A DNA stretch of 63,802 nucleotides, the filler included, from Octopus bimaculoides (taxonomy: Eukaryota), in assembly GCF_001194135.2 (NCBI RefSeq). It is 6 parts of 6 records of this genome, joined end to end, with 100 filler letters (N's around TTAATTAATTAA, not from the genome) between each part and the next. Parts side by side here need not be neighbours in the genome. Positions count along the whole stretch, not along the records: positions 1 to 10,666 come from NC_068999.1; positions 10,767 to 19,273 come from NW_026361904.1; 4 more parts are not named here. One strand, written 5' to 3'. The translations under genes and the position numbers were made by a program. Of this stretch, positions 1 to 12,486 are shown one piece after another (the stretch's first letter is position 1; every line of letters begins with the position of its first letter). The notes beneath the pieces were generated by a model, which had not been told where the DNA came from, did not search any database, and saw nothing but the letters and a program-made list of their open reading frames with translations.

Positions 1-578
<578 letters not shown>

Positions 579-851
579 ATACTCACATTCATATACGTGT
601 ACACAAATAATTTTGAGTTAATTATATACATTTTTACATATATACATACTTTGTTGCAATCAGCGAAGTAGGCAAACAGACACATTTTTGTCCCTTCTTT
701 AGCTGTCCCTCTTCGTGTCGCCCCCTCACCTTTCCATGGCAACATAGAAATCAATACATAGCAACAACAACAACAACATTTTGCTTGTACAATAGATTGC
801 TGTTATCTGCTACAGACTCGTCTCTAAGCTGTTTTTGTTTGTATATTACAG

Positions 852-957
852 AGAGTTCATTCTCAACTTACGCAGGCGCATTATGCACTGTGTCTATGTG
901 ATCACTTCGATGGCTCCCATCAATCCTAGAACAGGCTTTATACAGGAAATTTCTTAA
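852..957 (+). CDS. Candidate terminal coding exon of an unidentified gene (EFILNLRRRIMHCVYVITSMAPINPRTGFIQEIS*)
   Basis: Pyrimidine-rich acceptor gctgtttttgtttgtatattacAG ends at 851; 34 open codons of non-repetitive sequence run to TAA at 955-957. No family recognised. Confidence 0.22.
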
Positions 958-1198
958 TAATAATAATCACATTGTACATGGTGTAAATATACCGTGTGTC
1001 TGATAACACGTGTCATGTCTGGGCGAAGTTTTCAACGTGTGGCAGAGGGAGTGGGGAGAGAGGGAACCGAGGAGAGAGAGAATTCATAAGATTTCGAATG
1101 TCACAATGACAGTTATATGAATCTTATTTTGGGAGACAGATGAGTGCTGGAGAGAGATCACATATATGTATATACATATATATATGCGAGTGTGTGTG

Positions 1199-1247
<49 letters not shown>

Positions 1248-1474
1248 CGCTGAAATGGACAGAGCGAAATATTTTGTCGAATAATTTACTTCACGAAAGA
1301 AAAAAAAAAGAAAAAAAATGAACATGACAAATTTAAGGGAGGTAACTAAGGAATAATGAAAAGAGTTTCAAAAAACTGATAGTAAATTAGAGTTACGTCT
1401 CTTGAATCTTTCTCATTGCAAATTTTTTTATGCGGAGTGTGTGTATGTATATATACATGTGTGTGTGCGTGTGC

Positions 1475-1528
<54 letters not shown>

Positions 1529-1830
1529 ACACATATATATATATATATATGTGTATAAGAGGATTTCTTTTTGGCGTGATAAAGTTTTCTCACCAATTTT
1601 TTTTTTAGTTCTTTATTTTCTTTTTTTTTTCTTCATTTGTTTGTATTTCTATAAATGTCAATACGATTGCATAAACAAACAAACGAACAATACAAGATTT
1701 TGTAAAGCATAACGATTATATCGTTTTTAAATAAAATAAAGATTTTGACAACATCTGTTGCAGGTATTTTTATGTTCTTTATTTCATNNNNNNNNNNNNN
1801 NNNNNNNNNNNNNNNNNNNNNNNNNNNNNN

Positions 1831-1978
1831 CTGAGTTCAAATCTTATCGGGGTCAACTTGGCCATTCATTCTTTTGGAGTTCTTATAAGGTCAACTTGGT
1901 GTTTCATTTTTCAGCGGTCGATAAAGTGAAGTACCTGTCATATAATAGGGTTGAGATATTCAACTGCCCCCCTCCCCC
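1831..1978 (+). mobile_element. SINE family A fragment
   Basis: ctgagttcaaat...ggtcaacttg...gtcgataaagtgaagtacc...ggggttga matches the near-intact copy at 23036-23250. Confidence 0.7.
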
Positions 1979-2767
1979 ACTGCTTCTTCAAATGTTCCGC
2001 TTTGTGCCTGGGGTAGACTTGTCGCTGTTCTTGGTACTTTCCAGTAAGGAAAAGTCTGGTTAGTTACAAAAACGCCGTGTATTACTGGTATTTCTGTGAG
2101 GTAAATTAGAAACTTATGTGGTCGCTGGGCCTGCTAGAAACACCAAACAAATTCTTTGTGCATCACAACCTACCATCTCATAGGAAATACATTGTACTAT
2201 TTGACCTCTGATGGGATGGTTACTGCTACAACACTTTTACTCATAGTCATGTGGGGAAGCTACACAAAAACAGATAATTATTTAATTGAGCTAAACATGA
2301 AACAGACTTTGGAGAGTGACCATACTGGAGCATACATTGGTATTTATTCCAACATACTTGTCTGATAAGAGGCGCAAAAATGGACATCAATACAGCAAGT
2401 TGTTTCTGTTTAAAGATACCAGTTCTTGTCCCACGCTGGTATAAATACACACACGCAGTTAATATTAGAGCAACAACGACAACCACAACAGCAATAGACT
2501 CTCCCCTCCAGCAAAAACCTATGCCAGTAGTGTAGGTGTACCGCCTGGAGTAGCACTGGGTTTGCCGCCCAGCACGTTCCCTATAGAGATTTATACACTG
2601 GAGCCAAAAGTGCCACATCCATAAAAGCATTGCCTGAGGTGGATCACCACGAACTCCGACACATACACACACACTTCCAAGCTACACCACTAACCTCTAC
2701 CAAAAAACATAAAAACATAACAACGCCTGGAATATAATATATTATATTCCAATGTCTGGATATCAAT

Positions 2768-3803
2768 ATCTATAAAACAGGGGATGTTTGTGTGTGTGTG
2801 TACGTGAATGTGGTTTATGCACGTCCACAAATTAGCACGCATGTCGCTCCAATTTTAGGAGGACATTGTTCATGACCCTATCTGTATTTTTGTCAACTTT
2901 TTCTCTCAGAGTGTAGCTGTAAAAATCGCTAAACTTTTACCAATTTTGAAGTTTGACATGGCGAAGTCAAATCTGTGCGTACGCGCGTGAAAGAGAGAGA
3001 GAAAGAAAGAGAGAGAAAAAAAGAAAGAGAGGGAGAAAGAAAGAAAGAGAGAAAGAAAGAAAGAGAGAGAGAAAGAAAGAAATAGTGTGTTTGTGACAAG
3101 GGGAGAAACAGAGTGTTTGCCAAGCGTCTAAAAAAAAAAAAATGAAAAAGTGGAAGAGGGAGACAAAGCGGCTATGGAAAAAAAATTTCTCTCACCAAGA
3201 CAGCGTCTNNNNNNNNNNNNNNNNNNNNNNNNNNNNNNNNNNNNNNNNNNNNNNNNNNNNNNNNNNNNNNNNNNNNNNNNNNNNNNNNNNNNNNNNNNNN
3301 NNNNNNNNNNNNNNNNNNNNNNNNNNNNNNNNNNNNNNNNNNNNNNNNNNNNNNNNNNNNNNNNNNNNNNNNNNNNNNNNNNNNNNNNNNNNNNNNNNNN
3401 NNNNNNNNNNNNNNNNNNNNNNNNNNNNNNNNNNNNNNNNNNNNNNNNNNNNNNNNNNNNNNNNNNNNNNNNNNNNNNNNNNNNNNNNNNNGTTAAGGTT
3501 GTTGGTAAGCTTTCCTAAGTTACTCCAATCCAGATCCCCAATGCAAACCTTCAGATCAACCTTCTCCTATGCAGATCTCTAATGCAACATTTAAAAAAAG
3601 AGTCAATGAGTGAAAATAACCAATAAACTGATTCCTTATGGGATTTCCCAATCAAATTGCCAGCAAACCATTTTCAGCCAAACCAATTTCAACGGATTTC
3701 GCTCAAATCTGATGTCGATGTTACTTATTTTGGTTTGAAATAAAGCACTTAATCATTTAGTAATCCTAGCTTAATCCCGAGCAGCGCCGGGCTATACTGC
3801 TAG
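2768..3803 (+). mobile_element. Non-autonomous Helitron-like element (interior gapped)
   Basis: 5' end a|TCtataaaac; 3' GC hairpin cccg-agcagcgc-cggg (3776-3791) followed by CTAG|t (3800-3804), the canonical Helitron termini. Joining of the two halves across the N gap is assumed. Confidence 0.6.
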
Positions 3804-4116
3804 TATTATATATAATGATATATTATATTCCTATGCCTGGAACATAATATATCAACATAAAGCGTGTTTTCATCGGCCAAAACAGAAAACAATTCCAGAC
3901 TTGTTCGTGCTTTGTTTTGGCTCCTCCGAGCAGCAGCCTTTTCAATATACTGGGCATTCTGGCTAAATATGTCGATCTATTTATGTTTCCATTTTTCAGT
4001 AACAGATTGATATATTTGTGAACAGTCAACAACGTTGGAGAGCATAAAAATTAAAATTGTAGTTGAGAAAAAGTCAGCTGTCATAGAGGACCGGAAGCTA
4101 TCTAAATATTGGACAA

Positions 4117-4179
4117 AAGGCGGCGAGCTGGAAAAATGCTTAGCGGTATTTCGTCTGTCTTTACATTCTGAGTTCAAAT
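4117..4179 (+). mobile_element. SINE family A 5' fragment
   Basis: aaggcggcgagctgg...aaatgcttagcggtatttcgtctgtctttacattctgagttcaaat, truncated by a gap. Confidence 0.8.
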
Positions 4180-4279
4180 NNNNNNNNNNNNNNNNNNNNN
4201 NNNNNNNNNNNNNNNNNNNNNNNNNNNNNNNNNNNNNNNNNNNNNNNNNNNNNNNNNNNNNNNNNNNNNNNNNNNNNNN

Positions 4280-4595
4280 GAAATAGCGCCCTCTCCTACT
4301 TTTTTTTGTTAGACGCTGGCAAACAAAATCTAACTCCGTCACCCTCCCTCTCACAAACATACAATTTCTCTCTATCTCTACTTCATGCGCGTACGCACAG
4401 ATTTGACTTCGCCATGTCAACAAACTTCAAAATTGGTAAAAGTTTGATTTTTACAGGTATACGCGGGTACCTCTGAGAGAGAGAAAGTTGACGAAAATGC
4501 ACATAGGGTCATTCCGAATCTTCTCCTAAAATTGGAGCGACATGCGTAAACTACATTCACGTACACACACACACATCCTCTCTTTTATATATATT
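4280..4595 (-). mobile_element. Second copy (5' part) of the Helitron-like family, inverted
   Basis: The reverse complement aligns to about 2765-3170 (gcatgtcgctccaattttagga, tttgacatggcgaagtcaaatctgtgcgtacgcgc, gtttgcca-gcgtct). Confidence 0.7.
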
Positions 4596-4803
4596 GATAT
4601 GATATATTCATACATGCGTATACATACATACATAAAACCCTCTCTCTGTCAATCACTCACACATTCACTGAAAACAGTAAATGCACATGAACATGTATGC
4701 GTACAAAAAAACATGTATGCAATAGGTATACGTGCGTATGCGTTTGTGTATGCATGCTTACGTGTGTGTCACTGAAGCCAATCACACACATACATATATA
4801 AAC

Positions 4804-4837
<34 letters not shown>

Positions 4838-4960
4838 AGCACCATAACTCTTTCTGTTTCTTCATACATACTAACAAAACAACTTCACATACACACCAAA
4901 TTTTCTGTCTCGCACACCCCATCAAACACACACACATCAATAACTTCCCTGATCTAATTA

Positions 4961-5024
<64 letters not shown>

Positions 5025-6399
5025 AAAAGATCCCCTTCCTCCTCCCCCATCCCACATATATTTAAAAAAAAATTTAATTTTACGGAAAGCAGCGATCTTG
5101 TCGAGAAACAAACAAATGAACGTCGGGTATTTTTGACATTTATGGTACTTATATAGCCACAACAAACGAGAATGGTTTCCATTTCGCATTCACTTCAACG
5201 GAATGTAAGAATTCTCTCCCATCAGCCGCAATAGTTCTTTCCCTTGTCAGCTCTGCAATTCGTTATTCTTTGATTCAATTGTCACGGTCTTTGAGTGAAT
5301 CGGAACAAAGCATCGACTTTAGTTCATGGATGGGTATTGGAGAGGAGGAAGGGGGAGGAAGGAATTTTCAACATTCCAGAGAGGGGGATTTGAGAGATAA
5401 AGGGGAGGAAGAAATCGTCGACATTCCAGAGAGACATAATAATCATCATCATCATCTCTGACGTCGTTGTCGTCATATCTGTTCGCAGTGAAATTATATA
5501 AAGGTCTTTGTACGAGTTACCTCCCTTGATATACCTCGAGTTATCTCCCTTTGCTGTAATTTATTTTATTTTAAACGTTGATACACATCAATAAATAACA
5601 TTTTAAAATAGTCATCTGTACGTGATTGAGAGTCTATTTCATTGGTCCCAGAAGAGTGAAAAGCAAAACTACCGTCGTTTTTAGTATTTGCATTCAGAAA
5701 GTTAAATGGACAATTAAACAAACACATAGACAAAAGGAAACAAGACTGGAATAGCGTAAAGGTGTGTGTGTGTATGTAGAATTCACAAAAAAAGACAAAA
5801 GACGAAGACAGGTGGTGTAGACAACAAACAGATGTGTCTTTAACGTTTCGAGCACATATGCATACATACACATATACATGCACGCGCACACACACACACA
5901 CACACACACACATCTATGCATACATATACACATACATATATATATGTGTGAGTGACGGAATCTGTGCGTGAGAAAGAGAGAAAGAAAGAATAAAGAAAGA
6001 GAACCCGGTGACCCAGAAGCTAAATGACTCAGCTTTTACACCAAACTATCCTACAAAGCTGTTCTAACAAGAAATAAAGTGTAAGAGGAGGAGGTGTCTA
6101 CCATTCCCGTGTGCTCCTGTGGTGCCCTCGGTCACCCGCAACGTCCCTGAGCAATTGCTAGGTAATCGTTGCTCTGCCAAGTTTCGGACAAACTTACTGA
6201 CAAAGCAAGTCTGATACGTGGAAGGAGTTCAGTTGCCGTTACCCGACCCGACCATACGACATTTTATTGCGGACTACATGTAATACCATTGAGCGACCTG
6301 ACTTTGGAAAATGAAATTTTGAATCCAAGACAAATCCGAATCAAACTATACACCAAATATAATTTGGTCGCGGTAAATACCATTTTCTGGCTTCCTGAA

Positions 6400-7050
6400 A
6401 AGTGATTCTGTAGCTGGTGCCATTCGTGCCGAATGGACTACATTATTTACTCGCAGAGAGACTATTTTGGACATTAGCTTTAAGAATGCCATGAATCCTT
6501 GTTTCACTGATTAGATTTCTATAAATGCTGCAGGCATTTTATCTGGGAGACAGAATTTCAAGAAAGTGCAAGAAACTAAAGAAAAAAAAAGGTTATGTGC
6601 ACTGCAAGTACTCGTTGCACCTTAAATGCAACGAGTGCTCGCAGCGAATATATGCAGCAGATTCAAAATGGTACCCAGCCCTGCACCAATTGACACTAAA
6701 CAATCCGATTCTCTTGTTGAGAGCAGTCGGCTGTGACAATCTAGAAAACAGCTGCTGCTTCAATCGGCTTCTTCAAAGGCAAGCATACTCAAAGGTTTGA
6801 TAGAAAAGATGTGAAGATACAACAGCTGTTATCTGGAAAAAAACAACAAACATTCCATGGACGAGGTACACGGCAAGTTACCAAAGCAGACTATAGACGT
6901 GAATACTTTGCAACAAAAGGAACTTTGTCGGTTGAAAGACAGAAAGAAAGCTCGGAGAAATGTCAGTTTGTCGAAGGTTTTGATAAAGTAAGACTTGTAT
7001 ATTGCCAGCCTGGAGGGAGTATGTGGTCCAAAGAAGAAGAATACCAATGA
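6400..7050 (+). mobile_element. Degenerate RTE-like LINE ORF, C-terminal region
   Basis: Pieces YAADSKW, LLRAVGCDNLE..LLQRQA, SILKGLIEK..HSMDEVHGKLPKQ..RLKDRKK resemble RTE LYGSETW / CLRRIMGI / GHVxRMxDxRLPKQ in order; several stops and frameshifts. Confidence 0.4.
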
Positions 7051-7055
7051 ATACA

Positions 7056-7057
<2 letters not shown>

Positions 7058-7111
<54 letters not shown>

Positions 7112-7310
7112 TCCGCCACCACTTCACAACCGATGTTAGTGTGCTTACGTCGCCGTAACTTAACGGTTCGGCAAAAGATATCGATCGAATAAGTACTAGG
7201 CTTACAAAAAATAAGTCATGGGGTCGATTTGTTCGACTAAAGGCGCTGCTCCAGCATGACCGCAGTCAAATGACTGAAACAAGTAAAAGAATAAAAAAAT
7301 AAACGAATAA
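7058..7310 (+). mobile_element. SINE family BC, 3' half preceded by its internal (TG)n
   Basis: acaaccgatgttagtgtg...ggttcggcaaaaga...aataagtactaggcttac...ggggtcgatttg...ccagcatgaccgcagtcaaatgactgaaacaagtaaaagaata. Confidence 0.9.
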
Positions 7311-7429
7311 GATAAAATCACAGCAAGCTCTGAACGCAATACACGAGTAAACTGGTGAAAACAATAAGCTGTTTAACAGTTTGCACTTCTTGGCTGAAAA
7401 GCTTAAACTCTCTGCTTTCCGCCCACAAA

Positions 7430-7779
7430 CAGATTACCATTAGAATACACAAGACGAGAGTATTACAATCCCGAAGTCAAAATCAGTTCGTGATTAAGGA
7501 ATCCGTGGCAACAATGAGTAGGTCACCGGTTGGTTGGGTTCTGAGATCAGTCAGAACAAGAAAAACATTGGAGACCATGTTGGTCCTGTAGAGGATATTT
7601 GTTCTCAATCGTCTGGACTCCGGCTTCCAATTATGGAGGAAACCCAACACAGTTCCACTAAGAAGATTGCCTCAGAGCAACAGATGGGTGACTGAAAGAA
7701 CTGGGGTTCTATCCACAAGAGCTAAACGAGAAAGATATGCAGAGGTGTGTGCGTGTGTGTGTGTATGTATGAGTGAGAA

Positions 7780-7836
<57 letters not shown>

Positions 7837-7990
7837 TATGCTGGAGGGTCTTCAAGCCTAACTCTCAGATGGAAAGCTATACAAAACTTAGAACTGCATG
7901 CCATTGCATGGTGTCATGGTCCTACCTTCCCTGCTAAAGTAAGGATCAAATACTGCAATGGTTGAGGGTTAGAAGGACCTAGAGAGCCAC
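7430..7990 (+). mobile_element. CR1/L2-like LINE relic (RT thumb and C-terminal region) split by a (GT)/(GACA)n microsatellite
   Basis: SVRD*GI, GWVLRSVRTRKTLETMLVL, FVLNRLDSGFQLW, LKELGFY, RERYA [microsatellite] MLEGL match the CR1/L2-type order VRDLG / GWILRTF / LSRLDYCSQLW / LKELxLYSLERRRERY / ILEGL. Confidence 0.7.
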
Positions 7991-8210
7991 AAAGCGAAGG
8001 TGTGGGTGTATTAAAAAAACAGACAAATTGTCTGAAATAGCAAACGAATCCCATATGACGGTAAAAAAAACGCATATCAAGGTCGTGGGAATAAAATGAA
8101 ATAAATTGAAAAGTTATACCAATAGAGGTGCCCCAGTAAGGCCTCTCTGAACATGTATGTATGTATGTACGTATGTTATTATTATCATTATTATTATTAT
8201 TATCATCATT

Positions 8211-8387
8211 AAGGCAACGGAGCTAGTAGAATCGTTAGTACGCCGGAAGAAATGCTAAGGGGCATTTCGTCCGTCGCTACGTTCTAAGTTCAAATTCCGC
8301 CAAGTTTGGCGTTGCCTTTTATCATTTCAGGTTCGATAAATTAAGTACCAGTGAAACACTGGGGTCGACGCGTTCGACTAGTCCCCT
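8211..8387 (+). mobile_element. SINE family A, diverged
   Basis: Head gagctagtagaatcgttagtacgcc, B-box-like gttcaaattccgcc, core gataaattaagtaccagt...ctggggtcga. Confidence 0.85.
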
Positions 8388-8545
8388 ATTTTTATACACA
8401 CACACACACACACGAGTGAAGAAATGGATGTAAGTAACACGTTTGGTTGGAGTTACTTCTATTTAATCGCAGTTTGAATCCGCTTTACACGAGGTTTCGT
8501 GGGCGTAGGACACGTCCATCCATGACATACATATATATATATATG

Positions 8546-8589
<44 letters not shown>

Positions 8590-9400
8590 CATATACGCAT
8601 ATATATACAGACATATACGCATACGTATATATTCAAACACATACGTATATGTACATAATATGTTTGTCTTATCTGTGTGTAGTGGGGGGGATATGTTTTT
8701 GGAGAGCGATTGTAACTAAACAATATTCGAGGAGAGTGTCACTGATAGTGTGGGAGTAATAATAACAATAATAATAATAATGATAATAATAACAATAATA
8801 ATAATGATAATAATAATAATAATGATAATGATGATCTTCATCGAATGCCTCCTTTGATTCCACTTGTTATTGCTGATATCCGATCTTGCTCGAATAGCCA
8901 TTCAGTAGACTTAATGGTTTCGTTAATGGTACATTTAATACAAGTAAATAAATATACTACTTCCTCGTTGATGAACAAACTAATTATTTCACACGCGAAA
9001 ATAGGAAAACAAAAAACCAGGATGTGTGTATATGTAAACGCATCTAAGCGGTGTGTGTGTGTATTTATGTGGAGCTTTGTATATCTATGGATATAAGTGT
9101 GAGTGTGTGTAAATATACTTGCCAATTCTGGGGGGGGGGATCTTGATTTATGATTAACCCACAAAAAAACCATTTAAATCGGCTTGCAGTTCACCACCCA
9201 ACACTACCACCTACACCACCACACACACACTACTATCGCCAGTACCATTACCACTTATACTACTACCACCACCCAAACACCGACCCCGCTATTTTTTTTT
9301 CTTTTTTGCAGTTTCCTTACTACTTTGAAGACTCGCCTCTATCTAAACAACATTGATTCTTATCTCAATAAATGGCACACAGCTAACAGACATTCATTTT

Positions 9401-9404
<4 letters not shown>

Positions 9405-9441
<37 letters not shown>

Positions 9442-9519
9442 TACATAAGTTTTATACACATTTTCTTCCACAGGTGTGCATGTGTGTGTATATGTATATA
9501 TATATATATATATATACAT

Positions 9520-9585
<66 letters not shown>

Positions 9586-9616
9586 ATAGATAGATATATA
9601 TATATATATATATATG

Positions 9617-9684
<68 letters not shown>

Positions 9685-9695
9685 TACACACACAC
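9405..9695. repeat. Compound microsatellite (CA)n-(TA)n-(GATA)n
   Basis: Direct reading. Confidence 0.95.
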
Positions 9696-9744
9696 GAAGA
9701 TTTTCTTGCAAAAATGTAATTGCGTGCGTGTCTGGACACAGGTG

Positions 9745-9870
9745 TGACTGTGTGGTAAGAAGCTTGCTTCCCAACAACATGTTTCCGGATTCGGTCCCAC
9801 AACGTAGCACCTTGGGCAAGAGTCTTCATCTGTAGCCCCGGGTTGACCAAAGCCATATGAATGGATTAGG
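9745..9870 (+). mobile_element. SINE family BC, 5' tRNA-like half
   Basis: tgtggtaagaagcttgcttccc...ccggattcggtcccac...caccttgggcaagagtcttc...gaccaaagcc; homologous to 53335-53482. Confidence 0.85.
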
Positions 9871-9872
9871 AA

Positions 9873-10031
9873 ACATCGACCCTAGTACTCAACTGGTACT
9901 TTTATTTTATCGACCCCGAAAGGATGAAATCAAAGTCCACCTCGGCGTAATTTGAACTCAGAACCTAGCGGCAGACAGAATACCGCTAAGCATTTCACCC
10001 GGCGTGCTAACGGTTCCAACAAATCGCCTCC

Positions 10032-10069
<38 letters not shown>

Positions 10070-10160
10070 CTTTACTCTAAGCACAAGGCCCGAAATTTTT
10101 GGAGAGGGGCCAGTCGATTAGGTCGACCCCAATACGCAACTGGTACTTAACTTATCGACC
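9873..10160 (-). mobile_element. Two SINE family A copies or fragments separated by (AAT)n
   Basis: Reverse complements of the family A head/core (9873-10033) and tail/core (10069-10160). Confidence 0.85.
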
Positions 10161-10320
10161 TTGGACTGGATGGTGTGTTGTGCTCTTCAGTAAAACACTT
10201 CCTCTCACGTTGCTGCACAAACACTTCAACACCTGACGCGTGGTACACATGTGTGCACCTGTTCAGGCAACGTGGATTCGATGGAAGGACAGGTGAGCTA
10301 ATGTACGGTAGCTACGTCTG
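10160..10320 (+). mobile_element. SINE family E fragment
   Basis: gtgttgtgctcttcagtaaaacacttcctctcacgttgct...cacctgacgcgtggtacac...tgcacctgttcaggcaacgt; the reverse complement matches 15678-15905. Confidence 0.75.
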
Positions 10321-10847
10321 TTTCTCTATAACACGAATCATTTTTGCAGGTTGCTTCTGCACGAAATTGCAGAAACGTCTTTCTCGAACAACGAGAGACA
10401 ACCATCATCATTTTGGTCGGGTCAGTTTCTTGCAACTCTGAGTTTCACCTGTAATTGCACAAGATCTTCAGGCAAGTTGTCACCACTTGCAAGAAGAACC
10501 TGTGCACCAACAGGCGACTGATTCACCCAAACTGAAGATATCAATCTTTACCATGGGTTTGAGTACTCTTTTTTCCTGAGAGTCCACACTAATCGAGTGC
10601 GTGTGTGTGTATGTATGTATGTATGTATATATATATATAATTCAATTTTTTTAATGTTTATATATANNNNNNNNNNNNNNNNNNNNNNNNNNNNNNNNNN
10701 NNNNNNNNNNTTAATTAATTAANNNNNNNNNNNNNNNNNNNNNNNNNNNNNNNNNNNNNNNNNNNNTGTGTGTGTGTGTGTGTGTGTATGTGTGTAATCA
10801 ACTCTCACACGCACGCGCTCACTCACACACACACACTCATACACACA

Positions 10848-10975
10848 CACACAAACAGAGGCAAGCGCACACACAAACAGAAACGAGCGCATACGCACAC
10901 ACAAACAGAGGCAAGCACACACACAAACAGAAACGAGCACACACACACACACAAACAGAAACGAGCACATACACA
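10848..10975. repeat. CA-derived minisatellite with alternating subunits caaacagaggcaagc / caaacagaaacgagc
   Basis: Direct reading; five subunits separated by (CA)n. Confidence 0.8.
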
Positions 10976-11991
10976 CACACACATATATACAGATACCTAT
11001 TTTGACTTACACTTACACACNNNNNNNNNNNNNNNNNNNNNNNNNNNNNNNNNNNNNNNNNNNNNNNNNNNNNNNNNNNNNNNNNNNNNNNNNNNNNNNN
11101 NNNNNNNNNNNNNNNNNNNNNNNNNNNNNNNNNNNNNNNNNNNNNNNNNNNNNNNNNNNNNNNNNNNNNNNNNNNNNNNNNNNNNNNNNNNNNNNNNNNN
11201 NNNNNNNNNNNNNNNNNNNNNNNNNNNNNNNNNNNNNNNNNNNNNNNNNNNNNNNNNNNNNNNNNNNNNNNNNNNNNNNNNNNNNNNNNNNNNNNNNNNN
11301 NNNNNNNNNNNNNNNNNNNNNNNNNNNNNNNNNNNNNNNNNNNNNNNNNNNNNNNNNNNNNNNNNNNNNNNNNNNNNNNNNNNNNNNNNNNNNNNNNNNN
11401 NNNNNNNNNNNNNNNNNNNNNNNNNNNNNNNNNNNNNNNNNNNNNNNNNNNNNNNNNNNNNNNNNNNNNNNNNNNNNNNNNNNNNNNNNNNNNNNNNNNN
11501 NNNNNNNNNNNNNNNNNNNNNNNNNNNNNNNNNNNNNNNNNNNNNNNNNNNNNNNNNNNNNNNNNNNNNNNNNNNNNNNNNNNNNNNNNNNNNNNNNNNN
11601 NNNNNNNNNNNNNNNNNNNNNNNNNNNNNNNNNNNNNNNNNNNNNNNNNNNNNNNNNNNNNNNNNNNNNNNNNNNNNNNNNNNNNNNNNNNNNNNNNNNN
11701 NNNNNNNNNNNNNNNNNNNNNNNNNNNNNNNNNNNNNNNNNNNNNNNNNNNNNNNNNNNNNNNNNNNNNNNNNNNNNNNNNNNNNTGTTCGATTCCAGTG
11801 CCATTCAAGTGGTAAAAACGCGTAGCGTTGTACGTTGAGTGGCTGAAGAGGCGGCTTGACAATATCTAATACCTCTCTCTCTCTCTCTCTCTCACTATAT
11901 ACTTACATACATACACACACATATATATATACACACACACACATATATATATTCATACATATATAGGCATATATATACACATACACATATA

Positions 11992-12025
<34 letters not shown>

Positions 12026-12109
12026 AATATATTTTGCATATGTATATATGTGTAGCTGTATATATGGGTGTACCTCTCTGTGTGTGTGTATGTGCATATA
12101 TACATACCT

Positions 12110-12156
<47 letters not shown>

Positions 12157-12415
12157 TATATGATTATATACATAGATAGGAAAAGAGAAACTGGCAGGCA
12201 TACACACACACGCACACACACATATATATGCGTATATACGTTTATATACATAGATATCAATATCTATATATGTATATGCATTTATATACGAACACAAATT
12301 CGCACGCACGAATATATGGTTATATACACATAAATATTACTATATACTTACATATATAGTCATATATGTATGTCTATATATATGTATATATATACATACA
12401 TATATGCAGGCAAAT

Positions 12416-12486
<71 letters not shown>

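Noticed and set aside
2156-2690. Possible LINE relic or exon
   Set aside because: Only a vague LYTGAKS resemblance; no ordered motifs.
10711-10722. TTAATTAATTAA islands within N runs (also 19318, 45102, 54299, 62294)
   Set aside because: An identical 12-mer with stops in all frames, always embedded in similar-length N padding: an assembly linker.
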